DNA from: Methanobacteriota archaeon
Lineage (GTDB): Archaea > Thermoplasmatota > E2 > DHVEG-1
Length of the DNA stretch: 64,000 bases
Direction of reading: 5' to 3'
Assembly (NCBI GenBank): GCA_963769885.1
Contig: CAVYNH010000006.1
Location: 704,001-768,000 of the forward strand
Positions 40,041 through 49,774 of this stretch are shown piece by piece. The position numbers were made by a program, and so were the translations under genes. The notes under the pieces were generated by a model. That model saw nothing but the letters and a program-made list of their open reading frames with translations. It searched no databases and was not told the DNA's origin. Each line of letters starts with the position of its first letter. Position 1 is the first letter of the stretch.

Positions 40041-40361
40041 CTATGAGCGGGCTTTTTTCTTTTTCTCGATTGCCTGGTCAACCTGGAGGTCGACGGTGCT
40101 TGGTCTGCTATCGGTTGAAGTAGACGTTTTCGCTTTCTCTTTGATCGCAATCCTATCAACCTGGCTCTCGGCGACTTCCGGGGAGACCCAATATTTCCGT
40201 TGCTTCGGTTGAGAGATAGTGCTTCTCCGATCTGCGGCGATCAGCGTCTCGGCGTATTCGAGGACCGGTTCGGGTTGCGTTGGCTGTGTTTGCTCGGTGG
40301 CCGGTTCGGTCCTCGTTTCTTTGGTCTCAGTCTTGCGTTTGAAGATCTTCCATCTCGGCAG
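40041..40361 (-). CDS. Hypothetical protein (106 aa) with probable CTG start
   Basis: Translated by hand: (M)PRWKIFKRKTETKE...VLEYAETL...KYW...VD...VDLQVDQAIEKKKKARS; GGAGG just upstream of the CTG. Confidence 0.6.
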   Translation of the reverse strand: MPRWKIFKRKTETKETRTEPATEQTQPTQPEPVLEYAETLIAADRRSTISQPKQRKYWVSPEVAESQVDRIAIKEKAKTSTSTDSRPSTVDLQVDQAIEKKKKARS

Positions 40362-40491
40362 GGGGCTTTCCTCCTGAAGTCTTCTATGGATAGGGGAACT
40401 TTTTTTTCATTGATAAGGTTTTGCTGTGCAAGGTTTGCTATAGAAAGACATATATCCCGCCCTGAAATTCAGGAGACGGAAGACCTCCTGT

Positions 40492-40565
40492 GGGCTCATG
40501 GTCTAGCTGGTTATGACATCGCCTTCACACGGCGAAGGCCGCCGGTTCGAATCCGGCTGAGCCCA
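40492..40565 (+). tRNA. tRNA-Val(CAC)
   Basis: GGGCTCA/TGAGCCC acceptor stem, TCGCC-TTCACAC-GGCGA anticodon arm, GTTCGAAT T-loop. Confidence 0.95.
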
Positions 40566-40674
40566 CTGAACTTTCTCGGAGAAAATACTGTCATTTGAGG
40601 CTGTTTTTTCCTTTGTCTTCAAGGACTTTCTTTGAAACGCCCAGAACAAGGGTGTCATGGCTCCGGGCCGCTTC

Positions 40675-42408
40675 TCAATCGACGAGATTGAATATCCCGA
40701 TCAGGAAGCGACCCGTTTTCCTCCCCGAATACTCCTCCGAGAACACAAGCGTCTCGTGCGAGTGATAATGGGTGAACTTCAATGGTTTAAGCTCCAGAGC
40801 CCGAATATTCACCGCGTTGACAGTAACGAACCCTTTATCCAGCGTCCAATTCGCGTATGAACCGAACATCACCGTCTTCCATAACTCATGGATTGTTATC
40901 GACCAAGGGTCAGACCAGTTGCTCTCTTGAGAGTACGTATCCTTTAGTCTTACCCGCATCCCGTACACCCCGACCTTTGGCCATGCATGAGTCGCAGTGA
41001 CGGTCGACCCAGACGCATTCGGACCAAGCCACCCTGTGACGTTTCCATCCCCCCAGTCCCACTGACACCAGACATCATCGCCATCAGGATCGGTGGCATT
41101 CGCAGAGAAGGTCACTGAGGTATTGACGAGCCCCCAGGATGGCCCTGTGACCACTGGCGTCGTAGGCGGCATGTTGGTTGTTCCGCCCTTATCAATCCAA
41201 AAATTATCGATAACTGTCGTCCCGTCGTCGAGATACGTCACCATGTGCAGTGAATTGTTCGTGAAGACGTTAATCCTGGCGTAATTGTAGTTCTTCACCG
41301 CGACCGCGAGATAATACGCGGAGCCGATATCATATAACGGCGCGCCGCAGGAGCCCGTCGTCGCATAGATGACGCCTGTCGGATTCCTGTAATAATGGAG
41401 GCTGTGATTCGTGACCGTCGGATTCGATCCTCCGCCTGCGAGCGGATAGGTCCGCTCGTAATAATGATTGTGCCCGTTGAACACAATGTCCACCTTATAT
41501 TGAAGGAAGAGCGGCACGAGGTATGTCTGCACGCCCGCGTCACCGCCGTGCCCGCCGACATTGTAGGGTGGGTTGTGGAAGATGGCGATTTTCCAGGGGT
41601 GTGCCGAGTCGTTCGCCGCTACCTGAAGATCATGTACGAGCCAGTTGTATTGTTCAGACCCTGTCGAATAGGTGTCTTGGCTTGTGCTGAGGACGATGAT
41701 GTGCATGTTGCTGTAGTTCAGCGAGTACCATCGTTCGTTATTCGGGAGGGTAAATCGATGAATGTAGTTGACCCCGCTTTCTTCATGGTTTCCGATTGAC
41801 GGGACTATAGGGACGTGGTTTCCAAGGGGTTGCCAAATTGTAAACCACCCGTCGTACAAAGTGGCGTCGTCGCTACCAACTAAGTCTCCGCTGAATCCCA
41901 CGAAATCCGGGTTCACGATGATGACTTTTCCCACGATTTTCTGAAGCTCGGTTGGGTTGTCACGCGAATCTCCCATGGAGATGAAGGTGAAATTCGTGGC
42001 GGTTGCGGGGGAGGTCGTGAACGTGGAGTCAGGGCTCCATCCTCCCGTGGCGTCGCCGCAGGAGTAGTGGTAGGTCGTGCCTGGTGAGAGCCCGGTGATT
42101 TCGACCATGTGGATCAGCCCGTTCGTTCCTTGAGAGTCGGTGGTCCCCGTGGCGGTCTGGCCGTACCCCGAGTCCGGTCCGTATTTTACCGTGCTCCCGG
42201 TCGTCGCTGGTGTCGTCTCCCAGACCACGCTCATCGTCGTTGATGTGTTGTCTTGCCAGTTCAGATGCACGTCGTAGGGGAGGTCTCTGGTGGTTTGCGA
42301 AGCCAATATAAGGAAGGAGGAGGTGATGAGGGTGAAGGTGAGTATACCTAGAAGAAAATAGCCTCTGTGAAAACCCGGTTTGGATACGATCATGCCAACA
42401 AGCCTCAA
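40675..42408 (-). CDS. Secreted purple acid phosphatase-like protein (FN3 + metallophosphoesterase + PKD + C-terminal domain)
   Basis: GLSPGTTYHY, GDSR, GDLV, GNHE, FHNPPY, GHNHYYER, WDWGDG; start uncertain. Confidence 0.85.
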   Translation of the reverse strand: MRLVGMIVSKPGFHRGYFLLGILTFTLITSSFLILASQTTRDLPYDVHLNWQDNTSTTMSVVWETTPATTGSTVKYGPDSGYGQTATGTTDSQGTNGLIHMVEITGLSPGTTYHYSCGDATGGWSPDSTFTTSPATATNFTFISMGDSRDNPTELQKIVGKVIIVNPDFVGFSGDLVGSDDATLYDGWFTIWQPLGNHVPIVPSIGNHEESGVNYIHRFTLPNNERWYSLNYSNMHIIVLSTSQDTYSTGSEQYNWLVHDLQVAANDSAHPWKIAIFHNPPYNVGGHGGDAGVQTYLVPLFLQYKVDIVFNGHNHYYERTYPLAGGGSNPTVTNHSLHYYRNPTGVIYATTGSCGAPLYDIGSAYYLAVAVKNYNYARINVFTNNSLHMVTYLDDGTTVIDNFWIDKGGTTNMPPTTPVVTGPSWGLVNTSVTFSANATDPDGDDVWCQWDWGDGNVTGWLGPNASGSTVTATHAWPKVGVYGMRVRLKDTYSQESNWSDPWSITIHELWKTVMFGSYANWTLDKGFVTVNAVNIRALELKPLKFTHYHSHETLVFSEEYSGRKTGRFLIGIFNLVD

Positions 42409-42459
42409 GATGATTAATATTCAAGCGGTTTTTTAATACTATCTCTGACTGCTTTTATA

Positions 42460-42633
42460 GTGAGATGGCAGGCCCCTGACATAACCGGACCCGTCCAGGC
42501 CAAGAAAGGAAAAAGGGATCACTCACAGTCACCGTACCCTACGTACCCCCACCCATTCGAACAGTTCCTCCACTGGCTCCTCGACCGTTTCCCCCATGCC
42601 TTCCCCCGCCTACGGCACCTTATCGGGGAATAA
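42460..42633 (+). pseudogene. Remnant or mini-ORF of a secreted-protein C-terminus
   Basis: APDITGP (PKD-start-like) followed by HPFEQFLHWLLDRFPHAFPRLRHLIGE*. Confidence 0.4.
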
Positions 42634-42697
42634 CCCCTCCGTTTCTCCTTTTTTTTCTTTAAGCCCTTGTCGAAAAACCAGAACGATGAAATGAGAG

Positions 42698-42919
42698 CTA
42701 CCGCGACTCCACCTCACCGCCATGCCGGTAGACCTCGAACATGGTGGTCACCTGGCTCTCCTCCACCTGCGCCATGTCCCCGGCCTCATACCGCACCACG
42801 AACCAGTGGCTCGGCGGCGGGTACGTCCGAATCACGGTCGCCCTTCGCGGCGGCAGGCCAGGTTCATCTGAATGCACCAGCACCTCGACACCCTTGCGGA
42901 TCCCACGGTCCTCAAGCAT
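42698..42919 (-). CDS. Small hypothetical protein, possibly SH3/Tudor-like
   Basis: GGAGGAG upstream; 73 aa with a beta-strand pattern. Confidence 0.6.
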   Translation of the reverse strand: MLEDRGIRKGVEVLVHSDEPGLPPRRATVIRTYPPPSHWFVVRYEAGDMAQVEESQVTTMFEVYRHGGEVESR

Positions 42920-43031
42920 CCCTGCACTCCTCCGCCCGTATATCTATCCACGTCCTTATAAAAATTCCTCCGCGTACCCAAGAAGAACTTTATAAGCCAA
43001 CAACAGATTCTCAGTACCTGGTGAGACCCGG

Positions 43032-43544
43032 ATGCACAACCACACGTACTCTCTTATCGGAGCCATCATCATCGCCTGTGTCGCCCTCAGCCCCCTCTGC
43101 AGCGCCCAAGAGGTCGCGATCACCATCCTGGAGCCACAGGCGCAGGTCACCCGCACCGAGCAGGTCGGCCAGTTGCTCATCCGCTACTACTCGTTCGTTA
43201 TCACCTTCCGAAACGACGGCACCGCCACCTCCGACAACCTCACGTTCTTCCTCACCGACCCGGACCTCCATAACAACTACACCCTAGGTAACGCCACGCT
43301 CGCACCCGGGCAGACCGCGAGCTTCTCCAAAATCGACTTCCCGGTCAGCGCCCAGGGCGCCTTCGCCCTCAACATCAGCTACGCGCCCACCGAGTCAATC
43401 CCCTCAACCCCCGCCAACACAGGCACGCACTCCTTCACCATCGGCGGAACCACCCAGAAGAAATCCACCCCCGGTTTTGAGTTCGCAGTCGTCGCCCTCG
43501 CCGCGGTCATCGCCGGGCTCTTCTACCGCAAGAAGACTAAGTGA
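43032..43544 (+). CDS. Secreted CARDB-like surface protein with PGF-CTERM sorting signal
   Basis: Signal peptide; KKSTPGFE + TM helix + RKKTK (archaeosortase A-type signal). Confidence 0.85.
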   Translation: MHNHTYSLIGAIIIACVALSPLCSAQEVAITILEPQAQVTRTEQVGQLLIRYYSFVITFRNDGTATSDNLTFFLTDPDLHNNYTLGNATLAPGQTASFSKIDFPVSAQGAFALNISYAPTESIPSTPANTGTHSFTIGGTTQKKSTPGFEFAVVALAAVIAGLFYRKKTK

Positions 43545-43965
43545 TCTCCGTCGTCGAGATGACGACATGATCGACCATGGCGGCGTCACTGCCTGAATAC
43601 ACCATCTGGTTCCACGAGGAGAACTGATGCTCGCGCTGCCCCGCGCTCATGAGCAGCGTCTTCGAATCATTCTGATACAGCAGACGATTCGCCGCATCAT
43701 AGAACTGTACATTAAGCCGAATATGAATCTCCCGTCCGGCGATGTTCTCAAACATCCAGATCACCTTCACCGACGTTACCTCATGGGACTTGTTCGTTAC
43801 CCGCTCCATGCTGGAGTTCAAAAACCTCACTAGCCCATGCGAATCCAACACGATCTTCGACGACATGTCCGTGACAACTGCCTTCTGCTCCTGACAACCA
43901 CTCACCATCAGACAGCCGACGACTACAAGAGCACACACGATACCGACTCCCACCTTTTGCATCAC
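43537..43965 (-). CDS. Hypothetical lipoprotein
   Basis: Hydrophobic leader with VSGC lipobox. Confidence 0.65.
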   Translation of the reverse strand: MMQKVGVGIVCALVVVGCLMVSGCQEQKAVVTDMSSKIVLDSHGLVRFLNSSMERVTNKSHEVTSVKVIWMFENIAGREIHIRLNVQFYDAANRLLYQNDSKTLLMSAGQREHQFSSWNQMVYSGSDAAMVDHVVISTTEIT

Positions 43966-44079
43966 GAGTCCCTCCTACAAGACCCCAGATATCCCACAGA
44001 CTCATAAATAGATTTCCCTCAACTAAGAACACAGGACCGATATCTTTAACTCGCCGCCGCCCCATTCCAGAGCCAAGGA

Positions 44080-44553
44080 ATGGGAATGCCGCACGTCGAA
44101 CCCGACCAAGTCATCAGAGACATCCTCGAACGCCTCATCTCCATCTCCGGACGCAAAACCGACAAAGTCTACGCCCTCATGACCCTCGAAACCCTCATCA
44201 AGGACCTCGAACCCCAATTCTCCTTCCTCAAAAACATCCACATCAATGACGACTTCTACTCCGAAGACACCATCAACACCGTCGACCTCACCCACACCCT
44301 CAACGACATCACCCCCACCGACCTCGGCAGAGCACTCCGCGACATCATCACCACCATGAACCGCACCCTCGGCGCCAAAGCCGGCCACTTCTTCGTCAAA
44401 GAACTCCGCAACACCCTCACCGACGACTACCTCACCACCATGCGCGAAATGGGCGTCGACCTCGGCCTCATGCAACTCGAAGCCGAAGTTGACAGACTCG
44501 AACACCAACTCACCCACCGCCAGACTACGGACGAGACCGACGACAACCTCTAA
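44080..44553 (+). CDS. Hypothetical protein; single copy of the domain repeated in 62081..63307
   Basis: GRKT..YA...L, FLKNIHI, AGHFFVKELR, MGVDL. Confidence 0.75.
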   Translation: MGMPHVEPDQVIRDILERLISISGRKTDKVYALMTLETLIKDLEPQFSFLKNIHINDDFYSEDTINTVDLTHTLNDITPTDLGRALRDIITTMNRTLGAKAGHFFVKELRNTLTDDYLTTMREMGVDLGLMQLEAEVDRLEHQLTHRQTTDETDDNL

Positions 44554-44598
44554 CACACTATATTATTATAAGAAAAACCATCGAAATACTACCCAATC

Positions 44599-47166
44599 CT
44601 ATTTTAAGGGCGCCCCGATGTCCACCGCATACACCGTCCCCTTGACGGCCAAGAACGCGACCCCATTCTCAACCAGGACACTCGACTGCAGCGGCGTCGT
44701 CAGATAATTCTTCACCCCCACGATTGACTTCGCTGGCGTAAACCACCACACCGGCGCCCCCGTCCCATGCTCCAATGCATAGAGATGACCATCATCACAC
44801 GCCGCTAAGACCACAGACCCGGATACGACTGGCGTAGACTGCAGGCTCGCCGTCATCGTGACATTCCAAACCAGCGAACCATTTCTCGACACCACAGACA
44901 ACGAACAATCCATCCCAGCAATATAGACCCAGTCTCCCACAACCCGCTCCGCAGCATTGTACCCCCATCCGGACTCAAAAGACCAGATTGCCATGCCCGT
45001 GGAGGCGTTCAAGGCGTACACCCGGCCGTCCCAGGCGGCCACAAACACTAACCCATGATCCTCAACCGCGGGAACCGTAATCGGGCTGCCCGTAGGAAAC
45101 GTCCAAAGCACATGGCCAGTGGAGAGATTCACCGCAGAACACGACGTCTGCAGGCAGACATACGCAACATCACCTGACATTGATCCAACGAGAACCGGCC
45201 CGGGGAGCATGGCTCGAGCCTCAGGGATGCCGGTCTCTGCATCGACGACGGTGATATTCCCCGAGGTATCCCCGACCACGATCCCCTCATCGCTGAGAAC
45301 CGGCGAGGAAAGAATTAATCCTGGGGTTGGACTCATCCATACTAGAGAGCCGGTTTTAGAAAGACAGCAAAGCCCCTGCTCGGTGCCGATATAAACTCCA
45401 TCCGGGGTGGCGAGCGGTGCAGAAGCCGACCGACCAATGCTCTTGGTCCATAACACGGAACCCGTCAAGGCGTTGATTGCGAACACCGTTCCCTCCCGCG
45501 TCGTCCAGTACAGGATACCGTCCAACAGAGCACCATGGGTCAGATTCGTCTGATTCCCCAGCGCTGTCGACCACAATACGGAAGGAGAAGTTGAAGGTTG
45601 AATAGGCTGAGGCAGACTCGTCGTATCCGTCGGCGTAGGGCGTCCATAGACTAGTGCCCAGCCGGCGTTCTCGATGACCTCTTGGGACGGCTGCGGCTGG
45701 TCAAAAACCGTCATGACCAGCGGCCGCTGCGGATTGCCGTAATGAGCCCAAAGGCCGTTGTGACTAACCATAAAGGAGTCCGTGACCTTGCTGTCGGTAA
45801 TCCATTTGCTGATCGGCAATGAGAGCATGATTCCTTTGACGGTTTCCGCGTCGATGTGCCCGTAGTTGGCGCGGCCGTCAGCCTCGAAGGCGAGGTCCCG
45901 TTCTTCGGGATGGTACCGCGGCGTCCAGTACCCGAGGCCGGCGTAGCCGAGGAGGGAGCCGAGGAAGAATTTCACGAATTTCTTGAGATGGAACTTCTCC
46001 ATGCGCACCTGGAAGTCCATGGGGTTATTTGAACTCCAGAAGAACCCGTTCGTGGTCCGCCAGATTCCCGCGTGACGATACCCAAGGTCCATTCGCGCGA
46101 TCTCCCCGGTCTTCGTATCGCCGATGAGCCAGACTGCGTCCATGGCGCCGTCATTTCGATGCCGCAGGTCGTGGATTACGTCATCGATCGAATCCGCGTA
46201 CTGGATCGCAGTGCGGGCTCGGATGCAGAGCGGCAGTCCGAGGTTGTCGTAGTATCCCTGCGGCATGGTCGTCTCCAGGAACATGATGCCGGATTCGCTT
46301 TGATAGAAGTCCTCATCGCTCCAGATGTACCCAGGGGAGGTGGTCATGATGAATCGATGTCCTTGCGATGGGTCCACGTCAAGGATGACGTTCCAGCGCA
46401 GGGCGATGTAGTAGTCCCACCACCACATGCCGCCGCCGGCGATCGTCCCATGGCCGAACACGATCTGGCCTTCGGATGTCGCATTGCCAGTGGCGATGAA
46501 GCCATTGCAGTGATGGGCCGGCTCCTGGCTGAGGAAGGCGTCGAGCAAGTCATCGTCGGAGAGGTCTACTATTTCAGGAAGGATAGGGCGGAGCAGATGG
46601 AACAGGGTTCGGAAGGGATGGATTCTCTTTGGGATGTTCTGCATCTTGGACATGTATTCGTACATCTCGTTGATGGCGAGGATGTCCTTGGCAGTGATTT
46701 CGTGGCCGAAGAGGCGTCCCCCGCGGTCGTTGACGCCGGCGGCGATGGCGGTGATCTCGGTTTGGTACTCGGCGGGGAACTTGTCCCAGTACATACGGAA
46801 GATTTCTCTGGTGCAGAAGCGCCACCAGACCTGTGACATGTGTTCGTAGCGTGCGGGGGAGAGCCGCTGGCTGATGCGGCTGAGCTTGGGGTAGTTGTGG
46901 ATGATGTTCGTCCAGCGCTGCAGTGTGTCGATGATCTCTGCGGAGAGGAGGTAGCCGTATTGGTAGCCGCGTTGTTGGGGGTCGCCGTGGATGGAGACGT
47001 AGATCCAGGCTTGGGTGTTGTAGCGGCAGGCGCCTTGGTATTGTTCCGCCCCGATGGTCGGTTGGTCTCCGAGAATAGGGGGCGGGGTGTATGCTGGGAT
47101 GATGCTCGGAATCAGAAGGAGGCCCAGGAGAACGGTGACAAGGAGTCGAGGTCGTGGCACAGGCAT
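44599..47166 (-). CDS. Secreted Ntn-hydrolase (C45/phospholipase B-like) fused to PQQ-type beta-propeller
   Basis: RGYQYG..L, HHCNGFIATG (Cys nucleophile), SDEDFY, ETT; repeated AxxxxTGxxxW blades in the C-terminal half. Confidence 0.75.
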   Translation of the reverse strand: MPVPRPRLLVTVLLGLLLIPSIIPAYTPPPILGDQPTIGAEQYQGACRYNTQAWIYVSIHGDPQQRGYQYGYLLSAEIIDTLQRWTNIIHNYPKLSRISQRLSPARYEHMSQVWWRFCTREIFRMYWDKFPAEYQTEITAIAAGVNDRGGRLFGHEITAKDILAINEMYEYMSKMQNIPKRIHPFRTLFHLLRPILPEIVDLSDDDLLDAFLSQEPAHHCNGFIATGNATSEGQIVFGHGTIAGGGMWWWDYYIALRWNVILDVDPSQGHRFIMTTSPGYIWSDEDFYQSESGIMFLETTMPQGYYDNLGLPLCIRARTAIQYADSIDDVIHDLRHRNDGAMDAVWLIGDTKTGEIARMDLGYRHAGIWRTTNGFFWSSNNPMDFQVRMEKFHLKKFVKFFLGSLLGYAGLGYWTPRYHPEERDLAFEADGRANYGHIDAETVKGIMLSLPISKWITDSKVTDSFMVSHNGLWAHYGNPQRPLVMTVFDQPQPSQEVIENAGWALVYGRPTPTDTTSLPQPIQPSTSPSVLWSTALGNQTNLTHGALLDGILYWTTREGTVFAINALTGSVLWTKSIGRSASAPLATPDGVYIGTEQGLCCLSKTGSLVWMSPTPGLILSSPVLSDEGIVVGDTSGNITVVDAETGIPEARAMLPGPVLVGSMSGDVAYVCLQTSCSAVNLSTGHVLWTFPTGSPITVPAVEDHGLVFVAAWDGRVYALNASTGMAIWSFESGWGYNAAERVVGDWVYIAGMDCSLSVVSRNGSLVWNVTMTASLQSTPVVSGSVVLAACDDGHLYALEHGTGAPVWWFTPAKSIVGVKNYLTTPLQSSVLVENGVAFLAVKGTVYAVDIGAPLK

Positions 47167-47222
47167 ACTATTGGCGGGAATATTATATAATGTTTTTTAT
47201 AAGCTTCCTTCGAGAGTATGGT

Positions 47223-47612
47223 TTATCGGCGGTGGAAAACGTAGAGAGTGGGGATTTTCTTTTTTTTGCCGGTCCAGTAGCCGCAGGCGGAGCATTTGTA
47301 TTCGAGGGTGACCTCGCCGCCGTAGAGGGTGAGGTTTTTGACGCGTTCGAGGGGGGCGCCGCAGACGGGGCAGCGGTGGAGGAGTTTGTCGGGGTCGCCG
47401 TCTCGGCTGAAGATCTGGATGCTCACGATGCCGGACTGCAGGGAGAGTAGGCGGAGGCGGGGGCCGCTGATCTGGTAGTTGGTCTTCTTGGAGTGGAGTT
47501 CTTTTTCGACGAGGGCTTTGAGGCGGTGTTGTGAGGTGACCGTGGGGTATTTGAGCATGACTTTACGTAGGGCAGTGATGACCTGGTCGTCGGAGGGGAT
47601 ATGGTACTCCAC
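47223..47612 (-). CDS. Hypothetical zinc-ribbon protein
   Basis: CPVCG...CSACGY. Confidence 0.7.
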   Translation of the reverse strand: MEYHIPSDDQVITALRKVMLKYPTVTSQHRLKALVEKELHSKKTNYQISGPRLRLLSLQSGIVSIQIFSRDGDPDKLLHRCPVCGAPLERVKNLTLYGGEVTLEYKCSACGYWTGKKKKIPTLYVFHRR

Positions 47613-47646
47613 GGGGATGGGAATCGGCCCGGCGGCTTATAATGTT

Positions 47647-48426
47647 TTACAGCTGGATGGTCCGTAGGAGGTCGGTGCGGGTGACCATGCCGACGAGGCG
47701 GTCGCGGTCTAGGATGGGGAGGGAGCCGATGTTGCGTTTGTTCATGGTCTCGGCGGCGACGGCGGCGGGGAGCTGGGGAGCCGCCCAGATGACGGGGCTG
47801 CGCATGGCGTCGCTGACGAGCATCTCTTCAAGCCAGCGGTTCTGATGACCGAGTGGTGCGTCCTTTATTTTTGCGAAGGCGACCGCGATTTCGAAGTCGC
47901 TGATCATGCCGACGAGGGTTTTTTGGCTGGTCAGGACTGGCAGCCGTGCGATGTTTTTGTCCATGAGTACGCGTCGGGCGTGGATGACGCGGTCGTCGGG
48001 GGCGGCGGTGATGATGTGGGTCTGCATGATGGAGGAGACGGGGACCCTGGTTGTGACGAGAGGGAGGAGGTTGGCTTTGGTGATGACGCCGACGAGGCGG
48101 TGGTCGTTGAGGACGGGGAGCATGGTGGGCCCGGGTTGGCCGACGGTGCGGAGGATGTCTTGGACGTCGTCGTCGGGGGCGACGGTCGGGATGTCTTTTT
48201 CGGTGGCGCTGGAGGCGTGAAGTCGGGAGGCGGTGACGGCGCGTTTGCGGGCGGAGCCGAGCTTGTGCGCGATGGTGTTGTCGGAGACGATGCCGATGAA
48301 GGCTTTGCCGTCGACGACGGGGAGTTTGGTGATGGCGTGTTTCTTCATCAGTCCGAGGATGTGCGTCAGGCTATCGTTTTTCCCTACGGCGATAACCTTA
48401 GTGGTCATGATGTCTTCAATTTTCAT
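47647..48426 (-). CDS. CBS-domain protein (two CBS pairs)
   Basis: IMTT, LPVVD, LVGVIT, LPVL, LPILD..LVGMVTRTDLL. Confidence 0.88.
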   Translation of the reverse strand: MKIEDIMTTKVIAVGKNDSLTHILGLMKKHAITKLPVVDGKAFIGIVSDNTIAHKLGSARKRAVTASRLHASSATEKDIPTVAPDDDVQDILRTVGQPGPTMLPVLNDHRLVGVITKANLLPLVTTRVPVSSIMQTHIITAAPDDRVIHARRVLMDKNIARLPVLTSQKTLVGMISDFEIAVAFAKIKDAPLGHQNRWLEEMLVSDAMRSPVIWAAPQLPAAVAAETMNKRNIGSLPILDRDRLVGMVTRTDLLRTIQL

Positions 48427-48578
48427 AGCGAGGTCCTCCAGGGTGATGGGTGAGAAGGAGTGTGGGGTGGTGTGCTGGCATCGGGTCACCGTGGAATGCG
48501 TCCAAATTCCCTAGTTGTTGAAAACCCTTAGTTTATCCCAAACCATTAAAACATTTGCCGGTATTTTACCTTTGTCGT

Positions 48579-49088
48579 ATGAGCAGTGCCTATGAGCGGG
48601 AACTGAAAGGCATCCTGGAGGGGGATGAGCAGGTGCTGGCGAAGGTGACGCACTCCTGTTCCCCGGTGGAGGTGGAGAACTACCGTCGGATCCTACAGAA
48701 GCCGTTTATCGTGGTGCGGGCGGCGGGGTCGCTGGGGGTGGATCTGGTCGCGCTGCGGGGGGACATCTCGTTTCTTGTGGAGGTGAAGTCGAGTCTGGAG
48801 CCGGTCCTGCATTTCAGTAGCATCGAGGGGAAGCTGCAGCGGCAGGCGGAGGCGATGCGGCTGGGCTGCGAGAAGACCCGGACCCTGCCGGTCTACGCGT
48901 TCCGATTTAAGGGGTTCCGGGGGGATATGTGGCGGTTGTTTACATTTGATCTTGTAGGTCTTGAGGGTCGAGCGGAGATTCTGAGCCGGCGACTTCCGAA
49001 ACTGGGGAAGAGCAAGCAGGGCAACTACGTGATGCGCTGGGAGGAGGGGCTGCCTTGTTCGGAGTTCGTCTCTTATCTTTGTAGATGA
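48579..49088 (+). CDS. hjc: Archaeal Holliday junction resolvase-like nuclease
   Basis: YERELK, VVRAAGSLGVDLVAL, VEVKS (PD-D/ExK). Confidence 0.75.
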   Translation: MSSAYERELKGILEGDEQVLAKVTHSCSPVEVENYRRILQKPFIVVRAAGSLGVDLVALRGDISFLVEVKSSLEPVLHFSSIEGKLQRQAEAMRLGCEKTRTLPVYAFRFKGFRGDMWRLFTFDLVGLEGRAEILSRRLPKLGKSKQGNYVMRWEEGLPCSEFVSYLCR

Positions 49089-49291
49089 CCAGTTATTTTT
49101 AAGTTATAGCTCGTCTTTGAGCAGTTTTAGAAGAAACCCCTAATATCTAGGGATTCTCTTTTGTCGTTGAAGGTTCTATTCTTTCTAGGAGCTTATCTAC
49201 TCTATTCAAAAGAAAAACGGTTCCATTTACTCTTATATAGGCTGTGGAAGGTCTTATAAGGCTCTTTTTAGATTGCTTAGAGGGGAAAGCC

Positions 49292-49744
49292 ATGAAGAAA
49301 TTCTTGGTAATTGGGATTGTTATGCTGTTCTTAGCCTCAAGCTTTGCTCTTGCACAATCAAAGGATGAGAATGTAATTCAAGGTTATCCTCTAAAGGGAA
49401 CCATGATTCAAGCGTGTGCAATTGAAGGTAATAATACCACGCTTCGTTCTACGTTGATAGATGGTTACTTTCGCATTTGGAATGAAGGCAACGTCACCGC
49501 CTTTAACGTCACCTGGAATTGTTCTGTTAGAGGTGGACTGCTTAATAGAAACCACGATAAAGCTCAAGGCAACCTCACTGAACTTGGTCCTGGTCAAATC
49601 CTCAATGTCAAATTTGGTTTACCCCGCTTCGGTTTCGGAATATTCTTTTTACATGTCTATTTAGGGGCGGACAACGCCGAAGAGTTTAATTTTTCCATGA
49701 CCTTTAGAATGATATTTTTCAAACAAATCTTTCCATCAGTCTAA
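49292..49744 (+). CDS. Secreted protein consisting mostly of the shared C-terminal Ig-like domain
   Basis: Signal peptide MKKFLVIGIV; IWNEGNVTAFNVTW...GFG...ADNA; AT-rich. Confidence 0.7.
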   Translation: MKKFLVIGIVMLFLASSFALAQSKDENVIQGYPLKGTMIQACAIEGNNTTLRSTLIDGYFRIWNEGNVTAFNVTWNCSVRGGLLNRNHDKAQGNLTELGPGQILNVKFGLPRFGFGIFFLHVYLGADNAEEFNFSMTFRMIFFKQIFPSV

Positions 49745-49774
49745 GGTGACTTCAACAAAAAGAGAGTAAAAGAG

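Noticed and set aside
40200-40598. ORF 40200..40598 (+)
   Set aside because: Overlaps tRNA-Val and the more plausible minus-strand gene; no recognisable motifs
40566-42700. Integrated element at tRNA-Val
   Set aside because: No duplicate of the tRNA-Val 3' end and no integrase found by eye
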